Assembly: GCA_964016885.1 (NCBI GenBank)
Contig: OZ024748.1
Span: 35,588,001 to 35,652,000 of the forward strand
Direction of reading: 5' to 3'
From: Eledone cirrhosa
Lineage: Eukaryota
Length of the DNA: 64,000 nt
Shown: positions 24,801 to 38,500 of the stretch, one piece after another
Numbering within the stretch: position 1 is the stretch's first letter
How the letters are laid out: every line of letters begins with the position of its first letter
Position numbers and translations under genes: made by a program
Notes under the pieces: model-generated
The model's input: the letters and a program-made list of their open reading frames with translations, nothing else
Database searches by the model: none
What the model was told of the DNA's origin: nothing

Positions 24801-27800
24801 TACTGTTGTAGTTCTAATGTTACAGTTGTTGTTGTTACTGTTGTAGGGCTATTGTTACAGTTGTTATTGTTGTTGTTACTGTTGTAGAGCTATTGTTACA
24901 GTTGTTGTTGTTACTGTTGTAGAGCTATTGTTACAGTTGTTATTGTTGTTGTTACTGTTGTAGTGCTAATGTTATAGTTGTTGTTGTTACTGTTGTAGGG
25001 CTATTGTTACAGTTGTTGTTGTTACTGTTGTAGAGTTATTGTTACAGTTGTTATTGTTGTTGTTACTGTTGTAGGGCTATTGTTACAGTTGTTATTGTTG
25101 TTGTTACTGTTGTAATGCTATTGTTACAGTTGTTGTTGTTACTGTTGTAGAGCTATTGTTACAGTTGTTATTGTTGTTGTTACTGTTGTAGAGCTATTGT
25201 TACAGTTGTTATTGTTGTTGTTACTGTTGTTAAGCTATTGTTACAGTTGTTGTTGTTACTGTTGTAGAGCTATTGTTACAGTTGTTATTGTTGTTGTTTC
25301 TGTTGTAGTGCTATTGTTACAGTTGTCATTGTTGTTGTTACTGTTGTAGTGCTATTGTTACAGTTGTTATTTTCGTTGTTACTGTTGTAGTGCTATTGTT
25401 ACAGTTGTTATTGGTGTTGTTACTGTTGTAGAGCTATTGTTACAGTTGTTATTGTTGTTGTTACTGTTGTAGTGCTATTGTTAGGTGTTATTGTTGTTGT
25501 TACTCTTGTAGAGCTATTTTTACAGTTGTTATTGTTGTTGTTACTGTTGTAGAGCTATTTTTACAGTTGTTATTTTAGTTGTTACTGTTGTAGATCTATT
25601 GTTACAGTTGTTATTTTTGTTGTTACTGTTGTAGTGCTATTGTTACAGTTGTTATTGGTGTTGTTACTGTTGTAGTGCTATTGTTATAGTTTTTATTGTT
25701 CTTGTTACTGTTGTAGTGCTATTGTTACAGTTGTTATCGTTGTTACTGTTGTAGAGCTATGTTTACAGTTGTTATTTTAGTTGTTACTGTTGTAGATCTA
25801 TTGTTACAGTTGTTATTGTTGTTACTGTTGTAGTGCTATTGTTACAGTTGTTATTGTGGTTGTTACTGTTGTAGTGCTATTGTTAGTTTTTATTGTTGTT
25901 GTTACTGTTGTAGTGCTATTTTTACAGTTGTTATTGTTGTTGTTACTGTTGTAGATCTATTGTTGCACTTGTTATTGTTGTTACTGTTGTAGTGCTATTG
26001 TTACAGTTGTTATTGTTATTGTTACTGTTGTAGTGCTATTTTTACAGTTGTTATTGTTGTTGTTACTGTTGTAGTGCTATTGTTACAGTTGTTATTGTTG
26101 TTGTTACTGTTGTAGAGTTATTGTTACAGTTGTTGTTGTTACTGTTGTAGTGCTATTGTTACAGTTGTTGTTGTTACTGTTGTAGTGCTATTGTTACAGT
26201 TGTTATTGTTGTTGTTACCGTTGTAGTGCTATTGTTACAGCTGTTATTGTTGTTATTACTGTTGTAGTGCTATCGTTACAGTTGTTGTTGTTACTGTTGT
26301 ACTGCTATTGTTACAGTTGTTTTTGTTGTTACTGTTGCAGAGCTATTGTTACAGTTGTTATTGTTTTTGTTACTGTTGTAGTGCTATTGTTACAGTTGTC
26401 ATTGTTGTTGTTACTCTTGTAGTGCTATTGTTACAGTTGTTATTGTTGTTGTTACTGTTGTAGTGCTATTGTTACAGTTGTTATTGTTGTTGATACTGTT
26501 GCAGTGTTATGGTTACAGTTGTTGTTGTTACTGTTGTAATGCTATTGTTACAGATGTTGTTGTTACTGTTGTATTGCTATTGTTGCAATTGTTATTGTTG
26601 TTGTTACTGTTGTAGAGCTAATGTTACAGTTGTTATTGTTGTTGCTGTTGCAGTGCTATTGTTAGTTGTTATTGTTGTTGTTACTGTTGTAGTACTATTG
26701 TTACAGTTGTTATTGTAGTTGTTACTGTTGTAGAGCTATTGTTACAGCTGTTGTTGTTACTGTTGTAGTGCTATTGTTACAGTTGTTATTTTTTTTGTTA
26801 CTGTTGTAGTGCTATTGTTACAGTTGTTATTGTTGTTACTGTTGTAGTGCTATCGTTACAGTTGTTACTGTTGTTATTGTCGTAGGGCTATTGTTACAGT
26901 TGTTATTGTTGTTGTTACTGTTGTAGTGCTATTGTTACTGTTGTTGTTGTTACTGTTGTAGTGCTATTGTTACAGTTGTTATTGTTGTTGTTACTGTTGT
27001 AGTTCTATTGTTACTGTTGTTGTTGTTACTGTTGTAGTGTTATTGTTAGAGTTGTTATTGTTCTTGTTACTGTTGTAGTGCTATTGTTACTGTTGTTGTT
27101 GTTACTGTTGTAGTGCTTTTGATACAGTTGTTATTGTTGTTGTTACTGTTGTAGTGCTAATGTTACAGTTGTTGTTGTTACAGTTGTAGTGCTATTGTTA
27201 CAGTTGTTATTGTTGTTGTTACTGTTGTAATGCTATTGTTACAGTTGTTATTGTTGTTACTGTTGTAGTGCTATTGTTACAGTAGTTATTGTTGTTGTTA
27301 CTGTTGTAATGCTATTGTTATTGTTGTTGTTGTTACTGTTGTAGTGCTATTGTTACAGTTGTTATTGTTGTTGTTACTGATGTAGTGCTAATGTTACAGT
27401 TGTTGTTGTTACTGTTGTAGTGCTATTGTTACAGTTGTTATTGTTGTTGATACTGTTGTAATGCTATTGTTACAGTTGTTATTGTTGTTACTGTTGTAGT
27501 GCTATTGTTACAGTAGTTATTGTTGTTGTTACTGTTGTAGTGCTATTGTTAGAGTTGTTATTGTTGTTGTTACTGTTGTAGTGCTATTGTTACTGTTGTT
27601 GTTGTTACTGTTGTAGTGATATTGTTACAGTTGTTATTGTTGTTGTTACTGTTGTAGTGCTATTGTTACAGTTGTTGTAGTTACTGTTGTAATGCTATTG
27701 TTACAGTTGTTGTTGTTACTGTTGTAGTGCTATTGTTACAGTTGTTATTGTTGTTCTTACTGTTGTAGAGCTATTGTTACAGTTGTTATTGTTGTTGTTA

Positions 27801-30800
27801 CTGTTGTAGTGCTATTGTTACAGTTGTTATTGTTGTTGTTACTATTGTAGGGCTATTGTTACAGTTGTTGTTGTTACTGTTGTAGTGCTATTGTTACAGT
27901 TGTTATTGTTGTTGTTACTGTTGTAGTTCTAATGTTACAGTTGCTGTTGTTACTGTTGTAGGGCTATTGTTACAGTTGTTATTGTTGTTGTTACTGTTGT
28001 AGAGCTATTGTTACAGTTGTTGTTGTTACTGTTGTAGAGCTATTGTTACAGTTGTTATTGTTGTTGTTACTGTTGTAGTGCTAATGTTATAGTTGTTGTT
28101 GTTACTGTTGTAGGGCTATTGTTACAGTTGTTATTGTTGTTGTTACTGTTGTAGAGCTATTGTTACAGTTGTTATTGTTGTTGTTACTGGTGTAATGCTA
28201 TTGTTACAGTTGTTGTTGTTACTGTTGTAGAGCTATTGTTACAGTTGTTATTGTTGTTGTTACTGTTGTAGTGCTATTGTTACAGTTGTCATTGTTGTTG
28301 TTACTGTTGTAGTGCTATTGTTACAGTTGTTATTTTTGTTGTTACTGTTGTAGTGCTATTGTTACAGTTGTTATTGGTGTTGTTACTGTTGTAGAGCTAT
28401 TGTTACAGTTGTTATTGTTGTTGTTACTGTTGTAGTGCTATTGTTAGTTGTTATTGTTGTTGTTACTCTTGTAGAGCTATTTTTACAGTTGTTTTTGTTG
28501 TTGTTACTGTTGTAGAGCTATTTTTACAGTTGTTATTTTAGTTGTTACTGTTGTAGATCTATTGTTACAGTTGTTATTTTTGTTGTTACTGTTGTAGTGC
28601 TATTGTTACAGTTGTTATTGGTGTTGTTACTATTGTAGTGCTATTGTTATAGTTGTTATTGTTGATGTTACTGTTGTAGTGCTATTGTTACAGTTGTTAT
28701 TGTTGTTACTGTTGTAGAGCTATTTTTACAGTTGTTATTTTAGTTGTTACTGTTGTAGATCTATTGTTACAGTTGTTATTGTTGTTACTGTTGTAGTGCT
28801 ATTGTTACAGTTGTTATTGTGGTTGTTACTGTTGTCGTGCTAGTGTTAGTTTTTATTGTTGTTGTTACTGTTGTAGTGCTATTTTTACAGTTGTTATTGT
28901 TGTTGTTACTGTTGTAGATCTATTGTTACACTTGTTATTGTTGTTACTGTTGTAGTGCTATTGTTACAGTTGTTATTGTTATTGTTACTGTTGTAGTGCT
29001 ATTTTTACAGTTGTTATTGTTGTTGTTACTGTTGTAGTGCTATTGTTACAGTTGTTATTGTTGTTGTTACTGTTGTAGAGTTATTGTTACAGTTGTTGTT
29101 GTTACTGTTGTAGTGCTATTGTTACAGTTGTTGTTGTTACTGTTGTAGTGCTATTGTTACAGTTGTTATTGTTGTTGTTACCGTTGTAGTGCTATTGTTA
29201 CAGCTGTTATTGTTGTTATTTCTGTTGTAGTGCTATTGTTACAGTTGTTGTTGTTACTGTTGTAGTGCTATTGTTACAGTTGTTTTTGTTGTTACTGTTG
29301 CAGAGCTATTGTTACAGTTGTTATTGTTTTTGTTACTGTTGTAGTGCTATTGTTACAGTTGTCATTGTTGTTGTTACTCTTGTAGTGCTAATGTTACAGT
29401 TGTTATTGTTGTTGTTACTGTTGTAGTGCTATTGTTACAGTTGTTATTTTTTTTGGTACTGTTGCAGTGTTATTGTTACAGTTGTTGTTGTTACTGTTGT
29501 ATTGCTATTGTTGCAATTGTTATTGTTGTTGTTACTGTTGTAGAACTAATGTTACAGTTGTTATTGTTGTTGCTGTTGCAGTGCTATTGTTAGTTGTTAT
29601 TGTTGTTGTTACTGTTGTAGTACTATTGTTACAGTTGTTATTGTTGTTGTTACTGTTGTAGAGCTATTGTTACAGTTGTTGTTGTTACTGTTGTAGTGCT
29701 ATTGTTACAGTTGTTATTTTTTTTGTTACTGTTGTAGTGCTATTGTTACAGTTGTTATTGTTGTTACTGTTGTAGTGCTATCGTTACAGTTGTTACTGTT
29801 GTTATTGTCGTAGGGCTATTGTTACAGTTGTTATTGTTGTTGTTACTGTTGTAGTGCTATTGTTACTGTTGTTGTTGTTACTGTTGTAGTGCTATTGTTA
29901 CAGTTCTTATTGTTGTTGTTACTGTTGTAGTTCTATTGTTACTGTTGTTGTTGTTACTGTTGTAGTGCTATTGTTAGAGTTGTTATTGTTCTTGTTACTG
30001 TTGTAGTGCTATTGTTACTGTTGTTGTTGTTACTGTTGTAGTGCTTTTGTTACAGTTGTTATTGTTGTTGTTACTGTTGTAGTGCTAATGTTACAGTTGT
30101 TGTTGTTACTGTTGTAGTGCTATTGTTACAGTTGTTATTGTTGTTGCTGTTGCAGTGCTATTGTTAGTTGTTACTGTTGTTGTTACTGTTGTAGTACTAT
30201 TGTTACAGTTGTTATTGTTGTTGTTACTGTTGTAGAGCTATTGTTACAGTTGTTGTTGTTACTGTTGTAGTGCTATTGTTACAGTTGTTATTTTTTTTGT
30301 TACTGTTGTAGTGCTATTGTTACAGTTGTTATTGTTGTTACTTTTGTAGTGCTATCGTTACAGTTGTTACTGTTGTTATTGTCGTAGGGCTATTGTTACA
30401 GTTGTTATTGTTGTTGTTACTGTTGTAGTGCTATTGTTACTGTTGTTGTTGTTACTGTTGTAGTGCTATTGTTACAGTTGTTATTGTTGTTGTTACTGTT
30501 GTAGTTCTATTGTTACTGTTGTTGTTGCTACTGTTGTAGTGCTATTGTTAGAGTTGTTATTGTTCTTGTTACTGTTGTAGTGCTAATGTTACAGTTGTTG
30601 TTGTTACTGTTGTAGTGCTATTGTTACAGTTGTTATTGTTGTTGTTACTGTTGTAATGCTATTGTTACAGTTGTTATTGTTGTTACTGTTGTAGTGCTAT
30701 TGTTACAGTAGTTATTGTTGTTGTTACTGTTGTAATGCTATTGTTATTGTTGTTGTTGTTACTGTTGTAGTGCTATTGTTACAGTTGTTATTGTTGTTGT

Positions 30801-32569
30801 TACTGTTCTAATGCTATTGTTACAGTAGTTATTGTTGTTGTTACTGTTGTAATGCTATTGTTACAGTTGTTGTTGTTACTGTTGTAGTGCTATTGTTAGA
30901 GTTGTTATTGTTGTTGTTACTGTTGTAGTGCTATTGTTATTGTTGTTGTTGTTACTGTTGTAGTGCTATTGTTACAGTTGTTATTGTTGTTGTTACTGTT
31001 GTAGTGCTATTGTTACAGTTGTTGTAGTTACTGTTGTAATGCTATTGTTACAGTTGTTGTTGTTACTGTTGTAGTGCTATTGTTACAGTTGTTATTGTTG
31101 TTCTTACTGTTGTAGAGCTATTGTTACAGTTGTTATTGTTGTTGTTACTGTTGTAGTGCTATTGTTACAGTTGTTATTGTTGTTGTTACTATTGTAGTTC
31201 TAATGTTACAGTTGTTGTTGTTACTGTTGTAGGGCTATTGTTACAGTTGTTATTGTTGTTGTTACTGTTGTAGTTCTAATGTTACAGTTGTTGTTGTTAC
31301 TGTTGTAGGGCTATTGTTACAGTTGTTATTGTTGTTGTTACTGTTGTAGAGCTATTGTTACAGTTGTTATTGTTGTTGTTACTGTTGTAGTGCTAATGTT
31401 ATAGTTGTTGTTGTTACTGTTGTAGGGCTATTGTTACAGTTGTTATTGTTGTTGTTACTGTTGTAGAGCTATTGTTACAGTTGTTATTGTTGTTGTTACT
31501 GTTGTAATGCTATTGTTACAGTTGTTGTTGTTACTGTTGTAGAGCTATTGTTACAGTTGTTATTGTTGTTGTTACTTTTGTAGTGCTATTGTTACAGTTG
31601 TCATTGTTGTTGTCACTGTTGTAGTGCTATTGTTACAGTTGTTATTTTTGTTGTTACTGTTGTAGTGCTATTGTTACAGTTGTTATTGGTGTTGTTACTG
31701 TTGTAGAGCTATTGTTACAGTTGTTATTGTTGTTGTTACTGTTGTAGTGCTATTGTTAGTTGTTATTGTTGTTGTTACTCTTGTAGAGCTATTTTTACAG
31801 TTGTTATTGTTGTTGTTACTGTTGTAGAGCTATTTTTACAGTTGTTATTTTAGTTGTTACTGTTGTAGATCTATTGTTACAGTTGTTATTTTTGTTGTTA
31901 CTGTTGTAGTGCTATTGTTACAGTTGTTATTGGTGTTGTTACTATTGTAGTGCTATTGTTATAGTTGTTATTGTTGTTGTTACTGTTGTAGTGCTATTGT
32001 TACAGTTGTTATTGTTGTTACTGTTGTAGAGGTATTTTTACAGTTGTTATTTTAGTTGTTACTGTTGTAGATCTATTGTTACAGTTGTTATTGTTGTTAC
32101 TGTTGTAGTGCTATTGTTACAGTTGTTATTGTGGTTGTTACTGTTGTCGTGCTATTGTTAGTTTTTATTGTTGTTGTTACTGTTGTAGTGCTATTTTTAC
32201 AGTTGTTATTGTTGTTGTTACTGTTGTAGATCTATTGTTACACTTGTTATTGTTGTTACTGTTGTAGTGCTATTGTTACAGTTGTTATTGTTATTGTTAC
32301 TGTTGTAGTGCTATTTTTACAGTTGTTATTGTTGTTGTTACTGTTGTAGTGCTATTGTTACAGTTGTTATTGTTGTTGTTACTGTTGTAGAGTTATTGTT
32401 ACAGTTGTTGTTGTTACTGTTGTAGTGCTATTGTTACAGTTGTTGTTGTTACTGTTGTAGTGCTACTGTTACAGTTGTTATTGTTGTTGTTACCGTTGTA
32501 GTGCTATTGTTACAGCTGTTATTGTTGTTATTTCTGTTGTAGTGCTATTGTTACAGTTGTTGTTGTTAC

Positions 32570-35500
32570 TGTTGTAGTGCTATTGTTACAGTTGTTTTTG
32601 TTGTTAATGTTGCAGAGCTATTGTTACAGTTGTTATTGTTTTTGTTACTGTTGTAGTGCTATTGTTACAGTTGTCATTGTTGTTGTTACTCTTGTAGTGC
32701 TAATGTTACAGTTGTTATTGTTGTTGTTACTGTTGTAGTGCTATTGTTACAGTTGTTATTTTTTTTGGTACTGTTGCAGTGTTATTGTTACAGTTGTTGT
32801 TGTTACTGTTGTAATGCTATTGTTACAGTTGTTGTTGTTACTGTTGTATTGCTATTGTTGCAATTGTTATTGTTGTTGTTACTGTTGTAGAACTAATGTT
32901 ACAGTTGTTATTGTTGTTGCTGTTGCAGTGCTATTGTTAGTTATTATTGTTGTTGTTACTGTTGTAGTACTATTGTTACAGTTGTTATTGTTGTTGTTAC
33001 TGTTGTAGAGCTATTGTTACAGTTGTTGTTGTTACTGTTGTAGTGCTATTGTTACAGTTGTTATTTTTTTTGTTACTGTTGTAGTGCTATTGTTACAGTT
33101 GTTATTGTTGTTACTGTTGTAGTGCTATCGTTACAGTTGTTATTGTTCTTGTTACTGTTGTAGTGCTATTGTTACTGTTGTTGTTGTTACTGTTGTAGTG
33201 CTTTTGTTACAGTTGTTATTGTTGTTGTTACTGTTGTAGTGCTAATGTTAGTTGTTATTGTTGTTGTTATTGTCGTAGGGCTATTGTTACAGTTGTTATT
33301 GTTGTTGTTACTGTTGTAGTGCTATTGTTACTGTTGTTGTTGTTACTGTTGTAGTGCTATTGTTACAGTTGTTATTGTTGTTGTTACTATTGTAGTTCTA
33401 TTGTTACTGTTGTTGTTGTTACTGCTGTAGTGCTATTGTTAGAGTTGTTATTGTTCTTGTTACTGTTGTAGTGCTATTGTTACTGTTGTTGTTGTTACTG
33501 TTGTAGTGCTTTTGTTACAGTTGTTATTGTTGTTGTTACTGTTGTAGTGCTAATGTTACAGTTGTTGTTGTTACTGTTGTAGTGCTATTGTTACAGTTGT
33601 TATTGTTGTTGTTACTGTTGTAATGCTATTGTTACAGTTGTTATTGTTGTTACTGTTGTAGTGCTATTGTTACAGTAGTTATTGTTGTTGTTACTGTTGT
33701 AATGCTATTGTTATTGTTGTTGTTGTTACTGTTGTAGTGCTATTGTCACAGTTGTTATTGTTGTTGTTACTGATGTAGTGCTAATGTTACAGTTGTTGTT
33801 GTTACTGTTGTAGTGCTATTGTTACAGTTGTTATTGTTGTTGTTACTGTTCTAATGCTATTGTTACAGTTGTTGTTGTTGTTACTGTTGTAGTGCTATTG
33901 TTACAGTAGTTATTGTTGTTGTTACTGTTGTAATGCTATTGTTACAGTTGTTGTTGTTACTGTTGTAGTGCTATTGTTAGAGTTGTTATTGTTCTTGTTA
34001 CTGTTGTAGTGCTATTGTTACTGTTGTTGTTGTTACTGTTGTAGTGCTATTGTTACAGTTGTTATTGTTGTTGTTACTGTTGTAGTGCTATTGTTACAGT
34101 TGTTGTAGTTACTGTTGTAATGCTATTGTTACAGTTGTTGTTGTTACTGTTGTAGTGCTATTGTTACAGTTGTTATTGTTGTTCTTACTGTTGTAGAGCT
34201 ATTGTTACAGTTGTTATTGTTGTTGTTACTGTTGTAGTGCTATTGTTACAGTTGTTATTGTTGTTGTTACTATTGTAGGGCTATTGTTACAGTTGTTGTT
34301 GTTACTGTTGTAGTGCTATTGTTACAGTTGTTATTGTTGTTGTTACTGTTGTAGTGCTATTGTTACAGTTGTTGTAGTTACTGTTGTAATGCTATTGTTA
34401 CAGTTGTTGTTGTTACTGTTGTAGTGCTATTGTTACAGTTGTTATTGTTGTTCTTACTGTTGTAGAGCTATTGTTACAGTTGTTATTTTTGTTGTTACTG
34501 TTGTAGTGCTATTGTTACAGTTGTTATTGTTGTTGTTACTGTTGTAGTTCTAATGTTACAGTTGTTGTTGTTACTGTTGTAGGGCTATTGTTACAGTTGT
34601 TATTGTTGTTGTTACTGTTGTAGAGCTATTGTTACAGTTGTTGTTGTTACTGTTGTAGAGGTATTGTTACAGTTGTTATTGTTGTTGTTACTGTTGTAAT
34701 GCTATTGTCACAGTTGTTGTTGTTACTGTTGTAGAGCTATTGTTACAGTTGTTATTGTTGTTGTTACTTTTGTAGTGCTATTGTTACAGTTGTTATTTTT
34801 GTTGTTACTGTTGTAGTGCTATTGTTACAGTTGTTGTTGTTACTGTTGTAGAGCTATTGTTACAGTTGTTATTGTTGTTGTTACTTTTGTAGTGCTATTG
34901 TTACAGTTGTTATTTTTGTTGTTACTGTTGTAATGCTATTGTTACAGTTGTTGTTGTTACTGTTGTAGAGCTATTGTTACAGTTGTTATTGTTGTTGTTA
35001 CTTTTGTAGTGCTATTGTTACAGTTGTTATTTTTGTTGTTACTGTTGTAATGCTATTGTTACAGTTGTTGTTGTTACTGTTGTAGAGCTATTGTTACAGT
35101 TGTCATTGTTGTTGTCACTGTTGTAGTGCTATTGTTACAGTTGTTATTTTTGTGGTTACTGTTGTAGTGCTATTGTTACAGTTGTTATTGGTGTTGTTAC
35201 TGTTGTAGAGCTATTGTTACAGTTGTTATTGTTGTTGTTACTGTTGTAGTGCTATTGTTAGTTGTTATTGTTGTTGTTACTCTTGTAGAGCTATTTTTAC
35301 AGTTGTTATTGTTGTTGTTACTGTTGTAGAGCTATTTTTACAGTTGTTATTTTAGTTGTTACTGTTGTAGATCTATTGTTACAGTTGTTATTTTTGTTGT
35401 TACTGTTGTAGTGTTATTGTTACAGTTGTTATTGGTGTTGTTACTATTGTAGTGCTATTGTTATAGTTGTTATTGTTGTTGTTACTGTTGTAGTGCTATT

Positions 35501-38500
35501 GTTACAGTTGTTATTGTTGTTACTGTTGTAGAGCTATTTTTACAGTTGTTATTTTAGTTGTTACTGTTGTAGATCTATTGTTACAGTTGTTATTGTTGTT
35601 ACTGTTGTAGTGCTATTGTTACAGTTGTTATTGTGGTTGTTACTGTTGTCGTGCTACTGTTAGTTTTTATTGTTGTTGTTACTGTTGTAGTGCTATTTTT
35701 ACAGTTGTTATTGTTGTTGTTACTGTTGTAGATCTATTGTTACACTTGTTATTGTTGTTACTGTTGTAGTGCTATTGTTACAGTTGTTATTGTTATTGTT
35801 ACTGTTGTAGTGCTATTTTTACAGTTGTTATTGTTGTTGTTACTGTTGTAGTGCTATTGTTACAGTTGTTATTGTTGTTGTTACTGTTGAAGAGTTATTG
35901 TTACAGTTGTTGTTGTTACTGTTGTAGTGCTATTGTTACAGTTGTTGTTGTTACTGTTGTAGTGCTATTGTTACAGTTGTTATTGTTGTTGTTACCGTTG
36001 TAGTGCTATTGTTACAGCTGTTATTGTTGTTATTTATGTTGTAGTGCTATTGTTACAGTTGTTTTTGTTGTTACTGTTGCAGAGCTATTGTTACAGTTGT
36101 TATTGTTTTTGTTACTGTTGTAGTGCTATTGTTACAGTTGTTATTTTTTTTGGTACTGTTGCAGTGTTATTGTTACAGTTGTTGTTGTTACTGTTGTAAT
36201 GCTATTGTTACAGTTGTTGTTGTTACTGTTGTATTGCTATTGTTGCAATTGTTATTGTTGTTGTTACTGTTGTAGAACTAATGTTACAGTTGTTATTGTT
36301 GTTGCTGTTGCAGTGCTATTGTTAGTTGTTATTGTTGTTGTTACTGTTGTAGTACTATTGTTACAGTTGTTATTGTTGTTGTTACTGTTGTAGAGCTATT
36401 GTTACAGTTGTTGTTGTTACTGTTGTAGTGCTATTGTTACAGTTGTTATTTTTTTTGTTACTGTTGTAGTGCTATTGTTACAGTTGTTATTGTTGTTACT
36501 GTTGTAGTGCTATCGTTACAGTTGTTACTGTTGTTATTGTCGTAGGGCTATTGTTACAGTTGTTATTGTTGTTGTTACTGTTGTAGTGCTATTGTTACTG
36601 TTGTTGTTGTTACTGTTGTAGTGCTATTGTTACAGTTGTTATTGTTGTTGTTACTATTGTAGTTCTATTGTTACTGTTGTTGTTGTTACTGTTGTAGTGC
36701 TATTGTTAGAGTTGTTATTGTTCTTGTTACTGTTGTAGTGCTATTGTTACTGTTGTTGTTGTTACTGTTGTAGTGCTTTTGTTACAGTTGTTATTGTTGT
36801 TGTTACTGTTGTAGTGCTAATGTTACAGTTGTTGTTGTTACTGTTGTAGTGCTATTGTTACAGTTGTTATTGTTGTTGTTACTGTTGTAATGCTATTGTT
36901 ACAGTTGTTATTGTTGTTACTGTTGTAGTGCTATTGTTACAGTAGTTATTGTTGTTGTTACTGTTGTAATGCTATTGTTATTGTTGTTGTTGTTACTGTT
37001 GTAGTGCTATTGTTACAGTTGTTATTGTTGTTGTTACTGATGTAGTGCTAATGTTACAGTTGTTGTTGTTACTGTTGTAGTGCTATTGTTACAGTTGTTA
37101 TTGTTGTTGTTACTGTTCTAATGCTATTGTTACAGTTGTTATTGTTGTTACTGTTGTAGTGCTATTGTTACAGTAGTTATTGTTGTTGTTACTGTTGTAA
37201 TGCTATTGTTACAGTTGTTGTTGTTACTGTTGTAGTGCTATTGTTAGAGTTGTTATTGTTCTTGTTACTGTTGTAGTGCTATTGTTACTGTTGTTGTTGT
37301 TACTGTTGTAGTGCTATTGTTACAGTTGTTATTGTTGTTGTTACTGTTGTAGTGCTATTCTTACAGTTGTTGAAGTTACTGTTGTAATGCTATTGTTACA
37401 GTTGTTGTTGTTACTGTTGTAGTGCTATTGTTACAGTTGTTATTGTTGTTCTTACTGTTGTAGAGCTATTGTTACAGTTGTTATTGTTGTTGTTACTGTT
37501 GTAGTGCTATTGTTACAGTTGTTATTGTTGTTGTTACTATTGTAGGGCTATTGTTACAGTTGTTGTTGTTACTGTTGTAGTGCTATTGTTACAGTTGTTA
37601 TTGTTGTTGTTACTGTTGTAGTTCTAATGTTACAGTTGTTGTTGTTACTGTTGTAGGGCTATTGTTACAGTTGTTATTGTTGTTGTTACTGTTGTAGTGC
37701 TATTGTTACAGTTGTTATTGTTGTTGTTACTGTTGTAATGCTATTGTTACAGTTGTTGTTGTTACTGTTGTAGAGCTATTGTTACAGTTGTTATTGTTGT
37801 TGTTACTGTTGTAGTGCTATTGTTACAGTTGTCATTGTTGTTGTTACTGTTGTAGTGCTATTGTTACAGTTGTTATTTTTGTTGTTACTGTTGTAGTGCT
37901 ATTGTTACAGTTGTTATTGGTGTTGTTACTGTTGTAGAGCTATTGTTACAGTTGTTATTGTTGTTGTTACTGTTGTAGTGCTATTGTTAGTTGTTATTGT
38001 TGTTGTTACTCTTGTAGAGCTATTTTTACAGTTGTTATTGTTGTTGTTACTGTTGTAGAGCTATTTTTACAGTTGTTATTTTAGTTGTTACTGTTGTAGA
38101 TCTATTGTTACAGTTGTTATTTTTGTTGTTACTGTTGTAGTGCTATTGTTACAGTTGTTATTGGTGTTGTTACTGTTGTAGTGCTATTGTTATAGTTGTT
38201 ATTGTTGTTGTTACTGTTGTAGTGCTATTGTTACAGTTGTTATTGTTGTTACTGTTGTAGAGCTATTTTTACAGTTGTTATTTTAGTTGTTACTGTTGTA
38301 GATCTATTGTTACAGTTGTTATCGTTGTTACTGTTGTAGTGCTATTGTTACAGTTGTTATTGTGGTTGTTACTGTTGTAGTGCTATTGTTAGTTTTTATT
38401 GTTGTTGTTACTGTTGTAGTGCTATTTTTATAGTTGTTATTGTTGTTGTTACTGTTGTAGATCTATTGTTACACTTGTTATTGTTGTTACTGTTGTAGTG